Origin: Podarcis erhardii
Taxonomy: Eukaryota
Reading direction: 5' to 3' (one strand)
NCBI GenBank assembly: GCA_964252035.1
Contig: OZ176213.1
Length of the DNA stretch: 64,000 bases
Made by a program: the position numbers and the translations under genes. The stretch's first letter is position 1, and each line of letters begins with the position of its first letter. The notes under the pieces are model-generated. The model was not told the DNA's origin, searched no databases, and was given only the letters and a program-made list of their open reading frames with translations. Shown in pieces: positions 21,428-34,755 of this stretch.

Positions 21428-24400
21428 AATTGCCTTCTTACTTATATCCAATAAAGGAGGTGCCACTGCCTTTCAGCTTCCTCCTCCTTCGTCTCAATGT
21501 TGCTAATCTAGAACTCATTGAGGAAAAACTAGAATCAGCTGGCTTTGCATGTCATTGACTCCGACTCCAACTGTTGCTGGGCTCTTTGTCTTTTGCCTTC
21601 CCAGTCTGTAGGGAACTAGGCGGTTTTTCAGGTATGGAAGGCCTAAGTCATTTAGGGCTTTAAACATTAATGTGAGCACCTTGAATTGGGACTGGAAATG
21701 AACTGGCAACCAGTTCTAAACGGGGCTTCAAGGGCAGCCCCACGTAGAGTGCATTGCAGTAATCCAACCTGTAGACACGAATGATCCAGCAATGAATCTA
21801 AGATTGCCCAAAGGACTTTTATCTCTAAATTTGTAAGCCTATAACTGCATTTCCAACATAGTGCCAGAAAGTTTGAAATTAAAAAACAAAAATTAGAAAT
21901 TTCCAGATAAGGTTTAGTATTTCATCTCCCTGCTCCAGGGAGTGTCCAGGTATACATATTCAGGTATCACATGTGGGCCATTTCTCCAAACACTTATTAA
22001 TTGTGACCACATGTTATTCCAGCATTAAGTCCTCTCCACCCCGTGTATTTTTAATGATTCTCTCTCCACCATGTTATTTTTTTTCCTGTAGGTTTAACTT
22101 GGCTTGAAAAACCCATTGTTATGGCCAAAGGCTGCACATACTAAAAATAGAATGCAATGTAATGAAACCTCTATTATCCCATATTAGGAAGTATCTGTTG
22201 AAATATTAACGAGTGCATTTTTTGATGACAGCTTGAGCTCAATGTATCACGAATTCAGTTTATAGGCTGTGGAGCTTTCAACCATCTTGGATGCCCATGT
22301 GAAATTCCCTTACACCATGCTAAATCATTTAAGAATCTAATAAAAAGGCACACCGTTTTAAAACAACTCCCCACTCCCCAATACCTTTGGCTTCTTATTA
22401 AGCGACAACACTAAATAGCGTAATTTATAGGTGAACAACTTTAGTGGTCCAGGGCTGCAAGTGTAACACAACTCCTGTGGCGAGCAGTTAGAGCCAGGGT
22501 GGTGTGGAGGTTGCTGTTTCTGTTCAAATATCTATTCAGTGTGGAGTTCAGTGGATGAGCCTCCAGCCATGACATCTGTGGTCTGTCTCCAACAACGGAG
22601 GCAGCATGCCTCCATATGCCTGTTGCTTGGAATCACAAGTAAGGAGAGTGCTGACCTGCCTAGGTCCTGCTTTTCAGACTTCCTTTATTTGGTTATTTCC
22701 AGTTATAGGCTGCTTACAGTCTAGAGATGTCAAAGTAGCATCTGGTTGGCCATTGTGACAACAGGATTCTGAACTAAATGGGCATTTGGCCTCATCCAGG
22801 TGGCTCTTCTTATGTTCTTATGAGACAGTAACATAGAAGTAGCCTTCTACCAAGTCAGACAAATGGTGGATCTAGTTTCAGTGGCTGACAGTGACTCTCC
22901 AAGGTCTCTCTTAACCCTGTTTGGAGATGCCAGAAATGGAAGCTGGGACCTTTTGTGTACAAAATAGATGCTCAGCCACTGAGCTACACCTCTTCCCTTA
23001 TAACATTAGGGTCTATCCCATAGTACGTGAGATATTTATTTCTCATCCAACTATGGAAAACTTCTGAAAGTGAAACTGTAGGCAATCTCTGCCCCACCAT
23101 ACTTTGGTCAAATCATGTATTTAAAGCATATGGCTTCCCTGAAGGAATCTTGGGAACTGCAGTTTACCCTTAACAGAGCTACAATTCCCAGCACTCTTAA
23201 CAAACTGGAGCAGGGGCATGTGCCTTAAATGTGAGTGTGACATAGGGCAGATGAGGGCCAGATAAAAATGCTTCACAGCCCAGCCCCCCAGCCCCAGGGA
23301 ACCAGCTTAGCCATCTCTGTTATGAATACAGTACTTGGGCTCCAAATAAATTATTATGGGAGTATAGCATCCAAGTGGGCAGAGAACACAACCTCATGTT
23401 CGCATGGAAGATATAAAAACACAATAAACACTATTAAATAAAAATATAAAGCATCATTTTAAAATACAGTAACCAAGATTAAAAACAATAGCTCCCAGAT
23501 ATAAAATAGTTGGCAAAACCTGGAACTGAAAAAGACATCTTGGCACCAGGTGAGCTTTCTTGGGGAGAATATTAGAGATGCAGGGAGCCATGCCAGAGAA
23601 AGACATATTCTTGGCATCATCTGCCTGGTATTTGAAGGTAGGGTTACCTAGAGAAGAGCTTTAAAAGAAGACCTTAATACTTAGGCAGGTTCATGTGGAA
23701 GGAGGTAGTCAAATAGCTTAGAGCTTTGAATGTTAAGATTAGCATGTTGAATGTTGCTTGGAAACAAATCAGGCGGCACCAGCACAGTCGTTTTAAAACT
23801 GGCAGGAAGTGTTCCACAAACCCAGCCCCAGACAGCAATTTAGGTTCTGTATTTTAAACCAAGTGGAGGAGGGAAGTCTTAGGCACATATAGCCAAAAGT
23901 TTATTGTATTGTTTTATGAAAATGGTATTAAGTTTTGAAAAAAATGTAAAATTAATAAAAATTATTATAAAAACAACTCAGAAGGTTGTGCAATTGCACA
24001 GATACAATTTTTAAAAAGAAAGAGAAAAAAATGCTTCCTATAGTTACTTGGTCAACACTCTGGGGACACTCTCAGGGACACTTTGAGAAGTTAAGAGGGT
24101 GGTGAGCTAAGGCCCCACCTCCTCAGTTTCCCACAATGGAATCCTGGCAAGTTCCATGGCTATAACCATCTCTTCCTATACACCCACCCACACCCACACA
24201 TCAATAAGCTGGCAAGAGGGATGAGGGCAGAACTTGGCAGCTCAGGTTGCTGGTTGCTCATCCTCTACCTTAGTCGTTCTGATTACTTGGGGTTCTTAAG
24301 CAACCTGAGAGCTGGTATTGAATTATCCCCAGTGGAGCCATCCTTTCTCTCTCTCTCTCTCTCTCTCCCCCCACTTCATAAGGGAAGAATGCTGAACTTG

Positions 24401-24784
24401 CAGGGTCAGGGAGCTTAATCGTATAGCTTGGCTGTGTAAATTGACATCTCCTTACTCAGCAAATCTGCTGCCTGGGTAGTCCAAGGTATTTGCTTACATT
24501 ACTAGGGATTACAGTGGAGACTACTTGTTAATAATGCAGTTGGGGACAGCACAGGGGAGTCTGCCCCTCCCCAAGAGTTGCAGCTGGGATCCCTTCTGGA
24601 CTGTCTGTTGCTGGTGGGATGGAGAGTGGGAGGTAGTAGAGATGCCAGCTATTTATTAGTAGTATTAGTAGTGGCAGCAGCAGTATATGTGTTTAATAAT
24701 TCCCTGACAGGGACTCAAGGCGGCTTACAGATAAACTAGAAAAAGCTAAAAGCTTTTAATCATATAAAAAACAGCAATTTGTAA

Positions 24785-24955
24785 NNNNNNNNNNNNNNNN
24801 NNNNNNNNNNNNNNNNNNNNNNNNNNNNNNNNNNNNNNNNNNNNNNNNNNNNNNNNNNNNNNNNNNNNNNNNNNNNNNNNNNNNNNNNNNNNNNNNNNNN
24901 NNNNNNNNNNNNNNNNNNNNNNNNNNNNNNNNNNNNNNNNNNNNNNNNNNNNNNN
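24785..24955. other. Assembly gap (171 N)
   Basis: Run of N. Confidence 0.99.
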
Positions 24956-24966
24956 ATCATTTAAAA

Positions 24967-25193
24967 CAGGTGTAGGCAACCTAAGGCCCAAGGGCTGGAT
25001 GCGGCCCAATTGCCTTCTCAATACGGTCCGTGGATGGTCCGGGAATCGGTGTGTTTTTATTTAAAATGCATCTCTGGGTTATTTGTGGGGCATAGGAATT
25101 CGTTCATATTTCCCCCAAAAATATAGTCCGGCACACCACATGGTCTGAGGGATGGTGGACTAGCCCACAGCTGAAAAAGGTTGCTGACCCCTG
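24967..25193 (+). mobile_element. hAT (Buster/Charlie-like) MITE
   Basis: TIR CAGGTGTAGGCAACC / GGTTGCTGACCCCTG; TSD ATTTAAAA / ACTTAAAA. Confidence 0.82.
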
Positions 25194-25493
25194 ACTTAAA
25201 ACTTATAAATATTTACAGTGAAACATCACAGCAACAGCCCTTTCCTTCAAAACAGCCACTTCCCCAAAACCTGTCAGAATAAGAAAGTTGTCATCTGCCG
25301 GTGGAAAGACAAGGAGGGAGCCACAAGCTCTTTGCATATCACTATACTGTAATCAGGGAGGTGAATGTTGATAGATTCAGGACAGGTAAAAGAAAGTATG
25401 TCTTCACACAGTGCATAGTTAATCTATGGAATTCAATCCCACAGAAGGCAATGATGGCTACCAACTTGGATGGCTTTAAAAGAGGTTTAGAGC

Positions 25494-25743
25494 CAGGGGT
25501 CAGCAAACTTTTTCAGCAGGGGGCCGGTCCACTGTCCCTCAGACCTTGCGGGGGACTGGGCTATATTTTTTTGGGGGGGGGAGAACGAATTCCTATGCCC
25601 CACAAATAACCCAGAGATGCATTTTAAATAAAAGGACACATTCTACTCATGTAAAAACACGTTGATTCCGGACTGTCCACAGGCCAGATTTAGAAGGTGA
25701 TTGGGCCAGATCCGGTCCCCGGCCCTTAGTTTGCCTACCCATG
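25494..25743 (-). mobile_element. hAT MITE of the same family, inverted, inserted into a CR1/L2-type 3' remnant (about 25355-25910)
   Basis: TIR CAGGGGTCAGCAAAC / GTTTGCCTACCCATG; flanks GTTTAGA(G)C / GTTTAGAC. The host reads ...ggctttaaaagaggtttaga|caaactcatgg once the MITE is removed. Confidence 0.82.
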
Positions 25744-25990
25744 GTTTAGACAAACTCATGGCAATGTGCTTCTGAATACCAGATGCTGGAGGCTGCAGGA
25801 GTGCTGTTGCACTCAGGTCCTGCTTGTGGGCCGCTGTGAGAATAGGATGCTGTACTAGATGGGACACTGGTCTGATCCAAGAGGCTTTTCTTATGTTGCC
25901 GTCATCACTGTTGCATTTTTCTATATAAAAAATGAAATGTACGCAGTTTACTCTGTACTAGGGCTTATTTCAGGATGCTAAGGCTGATTA

Positions 25991-26205
25991 CAGTGGTACA
26001 TTGGGTTAAGAACTTAATTTGATATGGAGGTCCGTTCTTAACCGGAAACTGTTCTTAACCTGCGGTACCATTTTAGCTAATGGGGCCTCCTGCCACCGCC
26101 ACACTATTTCTGTTCTCATTCTGAAGCAAAGTTCTTAACCCGAGGCAGTATTTCTGGGTTAGCAGAGTCTGTAACCTGAAGCATCTGTAACCCGAGGTAC
26201 CACTG
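25991..26205. mobile_element. Tc1/mariner-type MITE
   Basis: TIR CAGTGGTACATTGGGTTA / TAACCCGAGGTACCACTG; TA TSD. Confidence 0.9.
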
Positions 26206-29064
26206 TATATCGTGCAGTTGGTTAAATACGCTAAATACTAAATAAACCTGGGGAAGCGGTGCAAATCCCCACTTGGCCACCCAGTTCAGTGGGGTGACTT
26301 TGGGCCAGCCACAAATTCTCAGCCTAATCTACCTCATAGAGGGGTTGTTGAGGATCATATGGAGGGGAGGGGGCCAATTTGAGCTCTTTGGAGCAATGTG
26401 ATTATAGAATGAATGAATGAATTAATGAAAGAAAGAAAGAAAGAAAGTTTGCTACTCCTGCTTTGCATAAGGAAGGACCCTCAGCTCAGTGGGTAGAGCA
26501 TATGCTATGCATGCAGAATGCTCCAAGAGTCAGTCCCTGGCATTTTACCCAGCTCTGCAACATCACCATTTGAAAGAGCCTTCCGCAATTATAATAATAA
26601 TAATTTATATTAATAATAAATTTATTTATACCCCGCCCATCTGGCTGCGTTTCCCCAGCCACTCTGGGTGGCTTCCAATAGAATATTAAAAACACAATAA
26701 AACATCAAACATTAAAAACCTCAGATTTTGATGCTTGTTATGTACATTTCTCTGCCACTTGGTCTGCTTGGGTTTTATGACTTTCATGCTCACACTTAAA
26801 CATCTGAGCTGCATGGCTTTTAGCGCCCGTTTGGCTATTTGTTTATTTTAGCTTGGGGTTTCATTGGCTTCACAGAAGGAATGCCATTCCAAGGTTCATA
26901 AATCAGATAATACCAGAGGAGAAAGGGGAGATGTGCTGTTGTGGCTTCAGCCTTCTTCAGTGCTGCTGGAGGTTTTCAGAGAGCTTCCTTCTTCAGTCTT
27001 GTAATGACTGGAGGCCAGGCCAGTCCAACAAATGCCTGCAGGATCCTTTCAGCCCCACTAAAAGAATTCCAAATACTCTTGTTTGTGGCCCTTTCCATCA
27101 CTCTGTGGGAACATCTAACGTCTGCCCAAGTCCCCAAAAAACACGGTTGAGTAAAAGACAGTGCTGATCTTTATCCCATTTAATGGAGGATCTGGGATCA
27201 CTTTCCCCCAACCTCATTGTAGTTGTGAATTCTTGGGGTAACTTCTGCTGGCTGTCAGCCAGCCCAGAGTGGTTTAACAGTCAACCTCTCTTCCCAGGAA
27301 ACTCCGTACTAGGGCTTAGTTCAGGATGAGAATTGTAGTTCTGGAAGGGGAATAGGGGTCTTAACAACTCTCAGCCACTCTCAACAAACTACAGCTCCCA
27401 GGATTCTTTGGGGAGAAGACATGACTGTTTAAAATGATATCATGGTGTTTTAAATGTATGGTGTGAATGTGGCCATTCTTCCTCTGTTAGTTTGACACAT
27501 TTCTTTTTGAAGGCTTGCTCATTGTCAGGCACAGATTTCTTTTCTTTTTTCTTCTTTGTTGTGTCCAGCTCCAGCCGTACTTCATAGCAGTTACTCTGGG
27601 TTATGAGACCAGAATAACTCCCTCTCTCCCTCTCTGTCTCTCTTTCAAATAAAGGGAAAGAAATACAGTGTAGGGCTTTAAGCATGGAGAATAGGTTGGT
27701 GGGAGAGAGAGGCGGTGGGAAAGAAGAGTGCTTGAAGGAACGTTCTGAAAAATTCCACAGAACTCTCCTCACACTTGCATCATCTGGTGAGGAACAAGTG
27801 GGCATTGGATGCAAAGGCACTCCGAATGCCAGCCGTCATGGCTGCCAACTCCCAGCATGCAGCTGTTCCTCTCCTCTTCCAGTTTGCCTCAAGTTAGTTG
27901 CCAACCGGCAAACCTTCTCCCACCTCAATAATGAAAATCTTTTGACAGCCAGCATCAACGGACAGCTCTTGAGTTTTCCCTCATACTGGGTCCCGTGAAA
28001 CACTTTGTAGCTTATGAGCCAGGAGTTGGTGGTGGGGGTGATGTGAGCGGCAGAGAGGGGTGGCAGTGTTGGAGTGAGGTTGGACGTGCAGCACTTTCAA
28101 CAGAAAATGTGAAGCTTCAGCCCTCCACTTGGAGAGCCCATATTCTGCTAAACAAGGTAGCGGGCCATTTTGATGACTGCCAAGGGAGGCAGCCCTGCCC
28201 GGTTATCAGTTTGGAATCCTGGTTCCGCAGCCTTTAAAAGAAAAAGAAAAACCTAACTTTTTGCTGAGAATTATTGTATGGTGGAGGGGGAAAACTCCAG
28301 CTGTATTTGCTTCTTGAACCCCTCAAATTTAGCAATAGGCCACATAGGAAACATAGGCCATGTTCAAAGCATACATGTAAAGCTATACTATGATACCACT
28401 TTAAACAGTCATGGCTTCTTCCCCCCCCCCCCCTCAAAATATGTTTCTGGAACTCTAGTTTAAGGGCAGTGATACCTTGAATTCCCTGGGGGAACGGACT
28501 GACCGTTAAACCCCTCAGAGAATTGTCGCTCTGTGAGGGAAAGAGGGGGCCTCAGCACCTTTTACAAAATATGCCTTTCAGAATTATTGGGGGGAAGCCA
28601 TGGCTGTTTAAAGTGGCATCATAGTAACTCTTTACGACTTGCCTGAGCATCAGTACCTCAAATTAGAGGAGGATCGGGGGGGGGGTGGCAGCCCCCCTCC
28701 CCTCATGAGTATTGGAAGGCTGCATGGGGCGAGGGCAATATTTGGCCCCCAAACCTCTATTGAAACCTCACCCCTGGCCCATATCTCATTCCCTGTGTCT
28801 GCTGGTGGGCCCTGTGCCTGGCAGAAGAGGGCAGTCTGGTCTCCAGCTGTGTATGGCTTTTGTTTAATTTGGCTGCCTATTCAGATCCACCCTCGTTCAG
28901 TGTTTGACTTGCAGAGGGGATGGGGCAACCTGGCTGCCCCCTACCTGGGCAACTGTTCATAGGGGAAGGTTATGGGGGGGGGTGTCTGTGACCTGGGTTA
29001 AATTAGGAGGAGTCGGGCATGGGGCTTAAGGGGTTTCATTAAGAGCAGATCTACTTTTCTTGTA

Positions 29065-29291
29065 CAGTGGTACCTCAGGTTATATACGCTTCAGGTTACA
29101 GACTCTGCTAACCCAGAAATAGTGCTTCAGGTTAAGAACTTTGCTTCAGGATGAGAACAGAAATTGTGCTCCGGCGGTGGGGCAGCAGCAGGAGGCCCCC
29201 TTAGCTAAAGTGGTGCTTCAGGTTAAGAACAGTTTCAGGTTAAGAACGGACCCTCTGGAACGAATTAAGTACTTAACCCGAGGTACCACTG
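29065..29291. mobile_element. Tc1/mariner-type MITE, 227 bp
   Basis: TIR CAGTGGTACCTCAGGTTA / TAACCCGAGGTACCACTG; TA TSD. Confidence 0.92.
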
Positions 29292-29332
29292 TAATTCAAT
29301 CACGGCAGGTCACAACTGGAATGACTGAGCAA

Positions 29333-29629
29333 NNNNNNNNNNNNNNNNNNNNNNNNNNNNNNNNNNNNNNNNNNNNNNNNNNNNNNNNNNNNNNNNNNNN
29401 NNNNNNNNNNNNNNNNNNNNNNNNNNNNNNNNNNNNNNNNNNNNNNNNNNNNNNNNNNNNNNNNNNNNNNNNNNNNNNNNNNNNNNNNNNNNNNNNNNNN
29501 NNNNNNNNNNNNNNNNNNNNNNNNNNNNNNNNNNNNNNNNNNNNNNNNNNNNNNNNNNNNNNNNNNNNNNNNNNNNNNNNNNNNNNNNNNNNNNNNNNNN
29601 NNNNNNNNNNNNNNNNNNNNNNNNNNNNN
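29333..29629. other. Assembly gap (297 N)
   Basis: Run of N. Confidence 0.99.
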
Positions 29630-31206
29630 TATTGTACAGAAATCCTTATTTCGTGTGGCTGCAGAAGAATTACGTCTTGCAAATCTGATAAGGCAAAAGT
29701 GTGTGCTGTCACTGCCAGGCAATTTGAACAGTTTCTGGCAAATCCTATAATGTTTAGCAGATCTTAGCAAGCTGCTTTTCCTCAATAGCGCTTATCCTCT
29801 GCTTCTTAAACCTGGCAAAATTTATTGCTGGGTAAGAACTGAAAAGCATAAATACCCATCTCCTGCAGTGTAAAAGCTTTGTTCAGCCTCATTCAACTTC
29901 TGAGTCCTGTATACATTTACTTAGATTCCTGCGCAAATCATTAGGATTTTTGCCAGTCTATCTTACTAGCTGTGAGAACCAGGGGTGGTAAAAGGAAAAT
30001 GATTTTTTTTTTATTATTTTTTTGAGACTGAACAATTAGGATGGAACAAACTCTTCCTCCTGGGTCAGGCCTGCACAACTTGTCACCCACAACAAACACA
30101 GGCTACAAACCATTTAATGAGGGCCAGTTGTCTCATTGTTTCGGCTTATTCAGGATGCTTCCAGATTTGAGTTTATTGTGGAATCAGTGCTTTTCATGCA
30201 TGCAAGTTTTTTTCTTTCTCTTGCAATGTCCATGCATTTCTCTCTATTTAATCCCAGTTGAGAAAAACCTTTCTGTGCCCACTCTTTTCATGCCATGCAT
30301 TATTTTATAAACTTCTATTACGTACCAGCTCACTTGTCTTTTCTCTAAATTAAAAAGGCCCAGGCACTGAAACCTTCCCTCATTGGCACACAGTGCTTGG
30401 TAACAACCCATGTTTATCGCTAGTCTGAGCTACTAAGAGATTTATTCTGGGTAACTGGGGACGGCATCTCTCTCTCCCTTGAACCTGGACAAACCAGGTC
30501 TGATTTGAGTGGAGGTGGTCTTGCTGGTGTTTATAATGGAATTAAATTGCTAACCCTTTGCCAATAGAAGCCCTCCAACTTTGTGGAAATTTGCTGCTAC
30601 CTACCCTAAACCTCTGTGAATACGGTGGGCTGTATATCTGGCTTAATAATCTATATCCTGTTTTTTGAACACACACACAGAGAAGGATGAGGATTTGCCC
30701 AGGCAAGCCTAGTGGGATTAAGCCACTGGTGTGTAAATTGTTGTTATTCATTACCATCTCAAAAAAAGTGAATATATGGTAGATCTTTATCACAATAGGG
30801 TATTTCCACAACATGCATTTTTTCCTCTTTGCTTCTGTGTGTTTCTCTTTTTCAGGAGGAGGGTGTGTGGTGGGGTTCAATTTCTTGTCTGTTGCTTCAG
30901 TTTAGAAGTGGGGGGAGAAAACTATATTGAGTGATGATAGTTGGTGCCTCAGGCAGAAAAGCAATATAGCAAAACGGTTGCCAGACAGTTTGACAGAGGA
31001 TGGACTGGATGTGAACAAATGCAGGCACTGACAAGACAGAATGGAAGTACGAATGAGCAGAAGGGTATTGGTTTCAGGTGTGCCTTGAGGGGCCCACAGT
31101 GGCAGCAGAGGCCATGACCGTTGTATTATTTAAAAGATCCTTGCTCAAGGGAAATGGGCAGCCTGTTTTGAGGCAATGAATAGTTTACTAGTCTGGTTAG
31201 GAAGGC

Positions 31207-31720
31207 AGAATCATAGAATTGTAGAGTTGGAAGGTCATCTAGTCCAATTCCCTGCAATGCAGGAATCTCAACTTGATCATACACGTAAAATGGTCACCCA
31301 AACTCTGTTCCAAGCAAGGAGAGTCCATGGAAGTCTGTTTCACTGTCAAACAGCTCTTTCTGTCAGAAAGTTATTCCTGATGTTTAGTTGGAATCTCCTT
31401 TCTTGTCCCTTGAATTCTTTGGTTCAAGTCCCAGCCTCTGGAGCAGGAAAAACAAGCTTGCTCCATCCTCCATGTGACAGCACTTTAGATGTTTGAAGAT
31501 GGCTATCACATCTCCCCTCAGTCTCCTCTTTACCAATCTAAGTATACCCAGTTCCCTCAACTGTTCCTCATAAGGCTTGGTTTCCAAACCCTTGATCATC
31601 TTGGTCACCCTCATCTGCACATGGTCCAGCTTGTCAATATCCTTCTTAAATTTGGGTGCCTAGAACAGGACACAGTACTCCAGGTGTGGTCTGACTAAGA
31701 CAGAATAGAGCAGGTCTATT
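31207..31720 (-). mobile_element. CR1 LINE 3' fragment, degraded
   Basis: Minus-strand ORF ...TKMIKGLETKPYEEQLRELG...RRLRGD... matches the CR1 ORF2 C-terminus; tail agaatcatagaattgtagagttggaagg on + strand. Confidence 0.88.
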
Positions 31721-32174
31721 CCCTATAGCTAAACTACACTGGGGAATTTAAAAGAGAATGTACCACTGAATATGGACTCAGCAGAACAGTTGTGGGAGCC
31801 AATGGAGATACTTCACCCAATCACTAGCTTGAGAAACCATGATGACTTGGTATATATGGTTGGAAGCCATGTCAGGTGTCACTGGTTCTCAGCCAAGTCC
31901 ATGGGTTGTAGTGAACTAAGTTATGTTTAGAGCAGACACACTGAAATTAATGGGCCTAGGTAAGTCATGTCTATCATTTTCAATAGGCTACATTCTCTCT
32001 CTGCTAGTGTGAGGGCTCCAGTTCCTTGTGGACAGATTACTTTGAATGTGGTACAACAGAGGAATCCAATGCAACTATTGCAGTAGTGGAAACTTGTTGC
32101 TTCAAAGTTAAAGCATCAAAGGAGAATATTTAATAGTGCTACAAAGATGTTTGAACATGTTGTTTGCTTTCTAG

Positions 32175-32347
32175 AAAAGAAGAGGCAAAAAAAGGCAAAG
32201 CTTACCAATGACTGGAGAGAGCGGAGGAATGCTATTCGGCTCACAAATGAATACACAGTGGAAACACTCGTGGTGGCAGATGCTGATATGGTCCAGTACC
32301 ATGGGGCAGATGCTGCTCAAAGATTCATTCTTACTGTGATGAACATG
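32175..32347 (+). CDS. ADAMTS17: ADAMTS17 coding exon 4 (furin site and start of metalloprotease domain)
   Basis: Acceptor TTTCTAG|; [58 protein letters not shown], near-identical to recalled ADAMTS17; donor ATG|GTAGGT; 173 nt. Confidence 0.98.
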
Positions 32348-33474
32348 GTAGGTTCACTTGGTTTCCTTGAGATGTGTCTGCATTCAAAACTAGTCCTATG
32401 TTTTGATGCTTAGCTTTTGTATTTGAGTTTGAACTCTTTATTCATTTTTATATGAAACATCTTAGACAGGCATAGTTGCATCTTAGACAACCAGAGTGCA
32501 GTAATTGTCTGTGAGCTCTCTTTTCACAGCAATGAATCAAGTAATACTGATGGAGAGAAAGGGTTCTTGCAACACAGAGTACGGTACTTCCTTAAGCTAA
32601 CAACTTCAACATTTAGGGTGTCGACTCTAACCAATTCATTTTTGTGCTTTTTATATGATAATTAGTACCCCTCCAAATGCTGTGTACAAAAATGTGTGTG
32701 TTAGGGGAAAGTGTGCCTAAGAATGCATATATTAGTGAAAATTGATTCTTGTTAAGAGCACCAAAGAAGAGAAATTCATTAGGCTGCATTCAGTGCTAGT
32801 TCTACTCAGAACAGACCTGCTGAAGTTATTGGAGATTAATAACTACATTTATTATCTAGGATCATATTTTTTAAAGTCAAAATGCTCTCCTTCCCCAGGA
32901 AATTGAGGGTGCCAAGAGTATGGGATAAGTTTATCTGCAATCCCTGATGTGTCCCCCTTTGCACCCCTTTATTTTTGCCCACATAAATGAATGGCTCCTC
33001 CTCCCATGCTAGGTAGGATCTGCTTAGTACCTCTGACAGTGCAAAAAAAAATAATAATTGCCTCCCTTGTCTCTACTAACTACCCACCCAAATGTTAGTG
33101 TTAAATTACAAAAGTAGAACCTAGTTTTGCATTACAAATGGTCAATGAAGGCAATGATGAACTTCCATCAAGGCTTAAGGGTGCAAGGAGTCATTGGTGT
33201 CTTCCTATGAATGTTGATAAATGTTCAGGTTTTGGCCTTGCAGAGTTTAGTTTCTTCTCTACTCCAACATGGCAGGATGAACAGCTGCTTCTAAAAGAAA
33301 CCAGAATGTTAATTTTGGCATGTATGCCAGGATTTAAGCAAATAGAGCATTGCTGTCGGGGAGGGGGGGATTTATTAATTTGGCTCCTTGCTGTAAGGCA
33401 TTACATTTACAGTCAAACCACAAAGTAAGACTTAAAATGGCATATTAGCACACACATTATATTTATAGTTTATA

Positions 33475-33478
<4 letters not shown>

Positions 33479-33526
<48 letters not shown>
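33479..33526. repeat. (TA)24 microsatellite
   Basis: Directly visible. Confidence 0.96.
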
Positions 33527-33528
<2 letters not shown>

Positions 33529-34206
33529 CTAGGATCTGCTTAAAGCAATTTAATATCTGTTTGTTGGGAAGGAAAGCCAGCATTACAAAATATGGTTTTA
33601 TTTTTGCAGCTGCTGAATGAGGATATGAATTTAGGGGTGGAAATAGATGCAACTCAAAAGAAAACAAAAATAAAAATTATTTCAAAAGACACAGATCCGA
33701 TGATGGGCTTCTAAAGCCAAATCTCTGCTTTAAATGTCTTTTAAAAGCTTTGAACTGTGCCTTACGACAACATTTACTTATGAATATATTGTTTTTAAAA
33801 AATAAATGTCCCAGGGAAACCATTATGGAGAACTCTAGGTGCTTGGTCTAGACCTGAGGGTCAGGTTTTGGTGGTGATGAGTGCTTTCTGTGAAAGAACT
33901 AGGAGTTCAAAGGCATATGGTCTGGCAGAATTATGTAGTACATTCCACCTGGGACCACAGGTGGAGAATCTCATAACTCTGAAAATTCCTTGCTGTAGAG
34001 AGCAAGTTCTAACAGCTGGCTCCCTGATTTGCTAGTTGTCTGTGTGCAGGAAGTGTTTTGTTCGGCTTTTTCCTATAGTCCAGATATTTGGGTATATTAC
34101 CACTACCAACCCTCAGCATTGACTACGTTGCCTGGGGTTGATTGGATTTGTAATCCCAAACCCTGGAAGGCACCAGGTTGGAGAAGGCTGGCTTGAGGCA
34201 TTTGAA

Positions 34207-34561
34207 CAGGGCTGTCTTTAGCATATGCGCCGCCGGGGTACAAAGATCCACCTAGCGCCCCCAAATTTAGTTTAGCTATCACCAAATTAACTTTTATTGA
34301 GCTTTTTTGGGGAGAGGAAATCGCTCACCTATAACAACAACGCAACGGGAAAAAACTGCTTTTGTTTCCTGACTCTTCGGGAATATTTGATGCTACGGAG
34401 TAACAGAGCAATGGAGGAGGTGGGCAGGGACTTTTGCTCCATTGCTTTTCACTGCTGCCGATAGAGAGACCGGTATACAGTTAGGTATACATTTGGTGCC
34501 CCCCAGAATTCAGCGCCCGGGTGCCCAGCACCCCTTGCACCCCCAGGTAAAGACGGCCCTG
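34207..34561. mobile_element. hAT MITE, 355 bp
   Basis: TIR CAGGGCTGTCTTTAGC / GGTAAAGACGGCCCTG; perfect 8-bp TSD CATTTGAA at 34199-34206 and 34562-34569. Confidence 0.9.
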
Positions 34562-34755
34562 CATTTGAAGGCTGGTTGGCATCTGTCTATCTTGGGAGAC
34601 AATGGAGGAGTGCACCTTTAGGGGTGAAGTCAAACTGTTGGAAGGCTTGCTGTGGTTGCTGAGACGGGAGAGACATGTTTTTTTGCAGCTGGGGCAGATG
34701 AAGGTGTCTGGTTGTTTTGCTGCAGATGCACCATGGCATTTCTTCTCTCTGTTCT

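Noticed and set aside
33150-33985. C/D-box snoRNA candidates (ATGATGA near 33155; GTGATGA near 33875)
   Set aside because: No suitably placed D box with a terminal stem.
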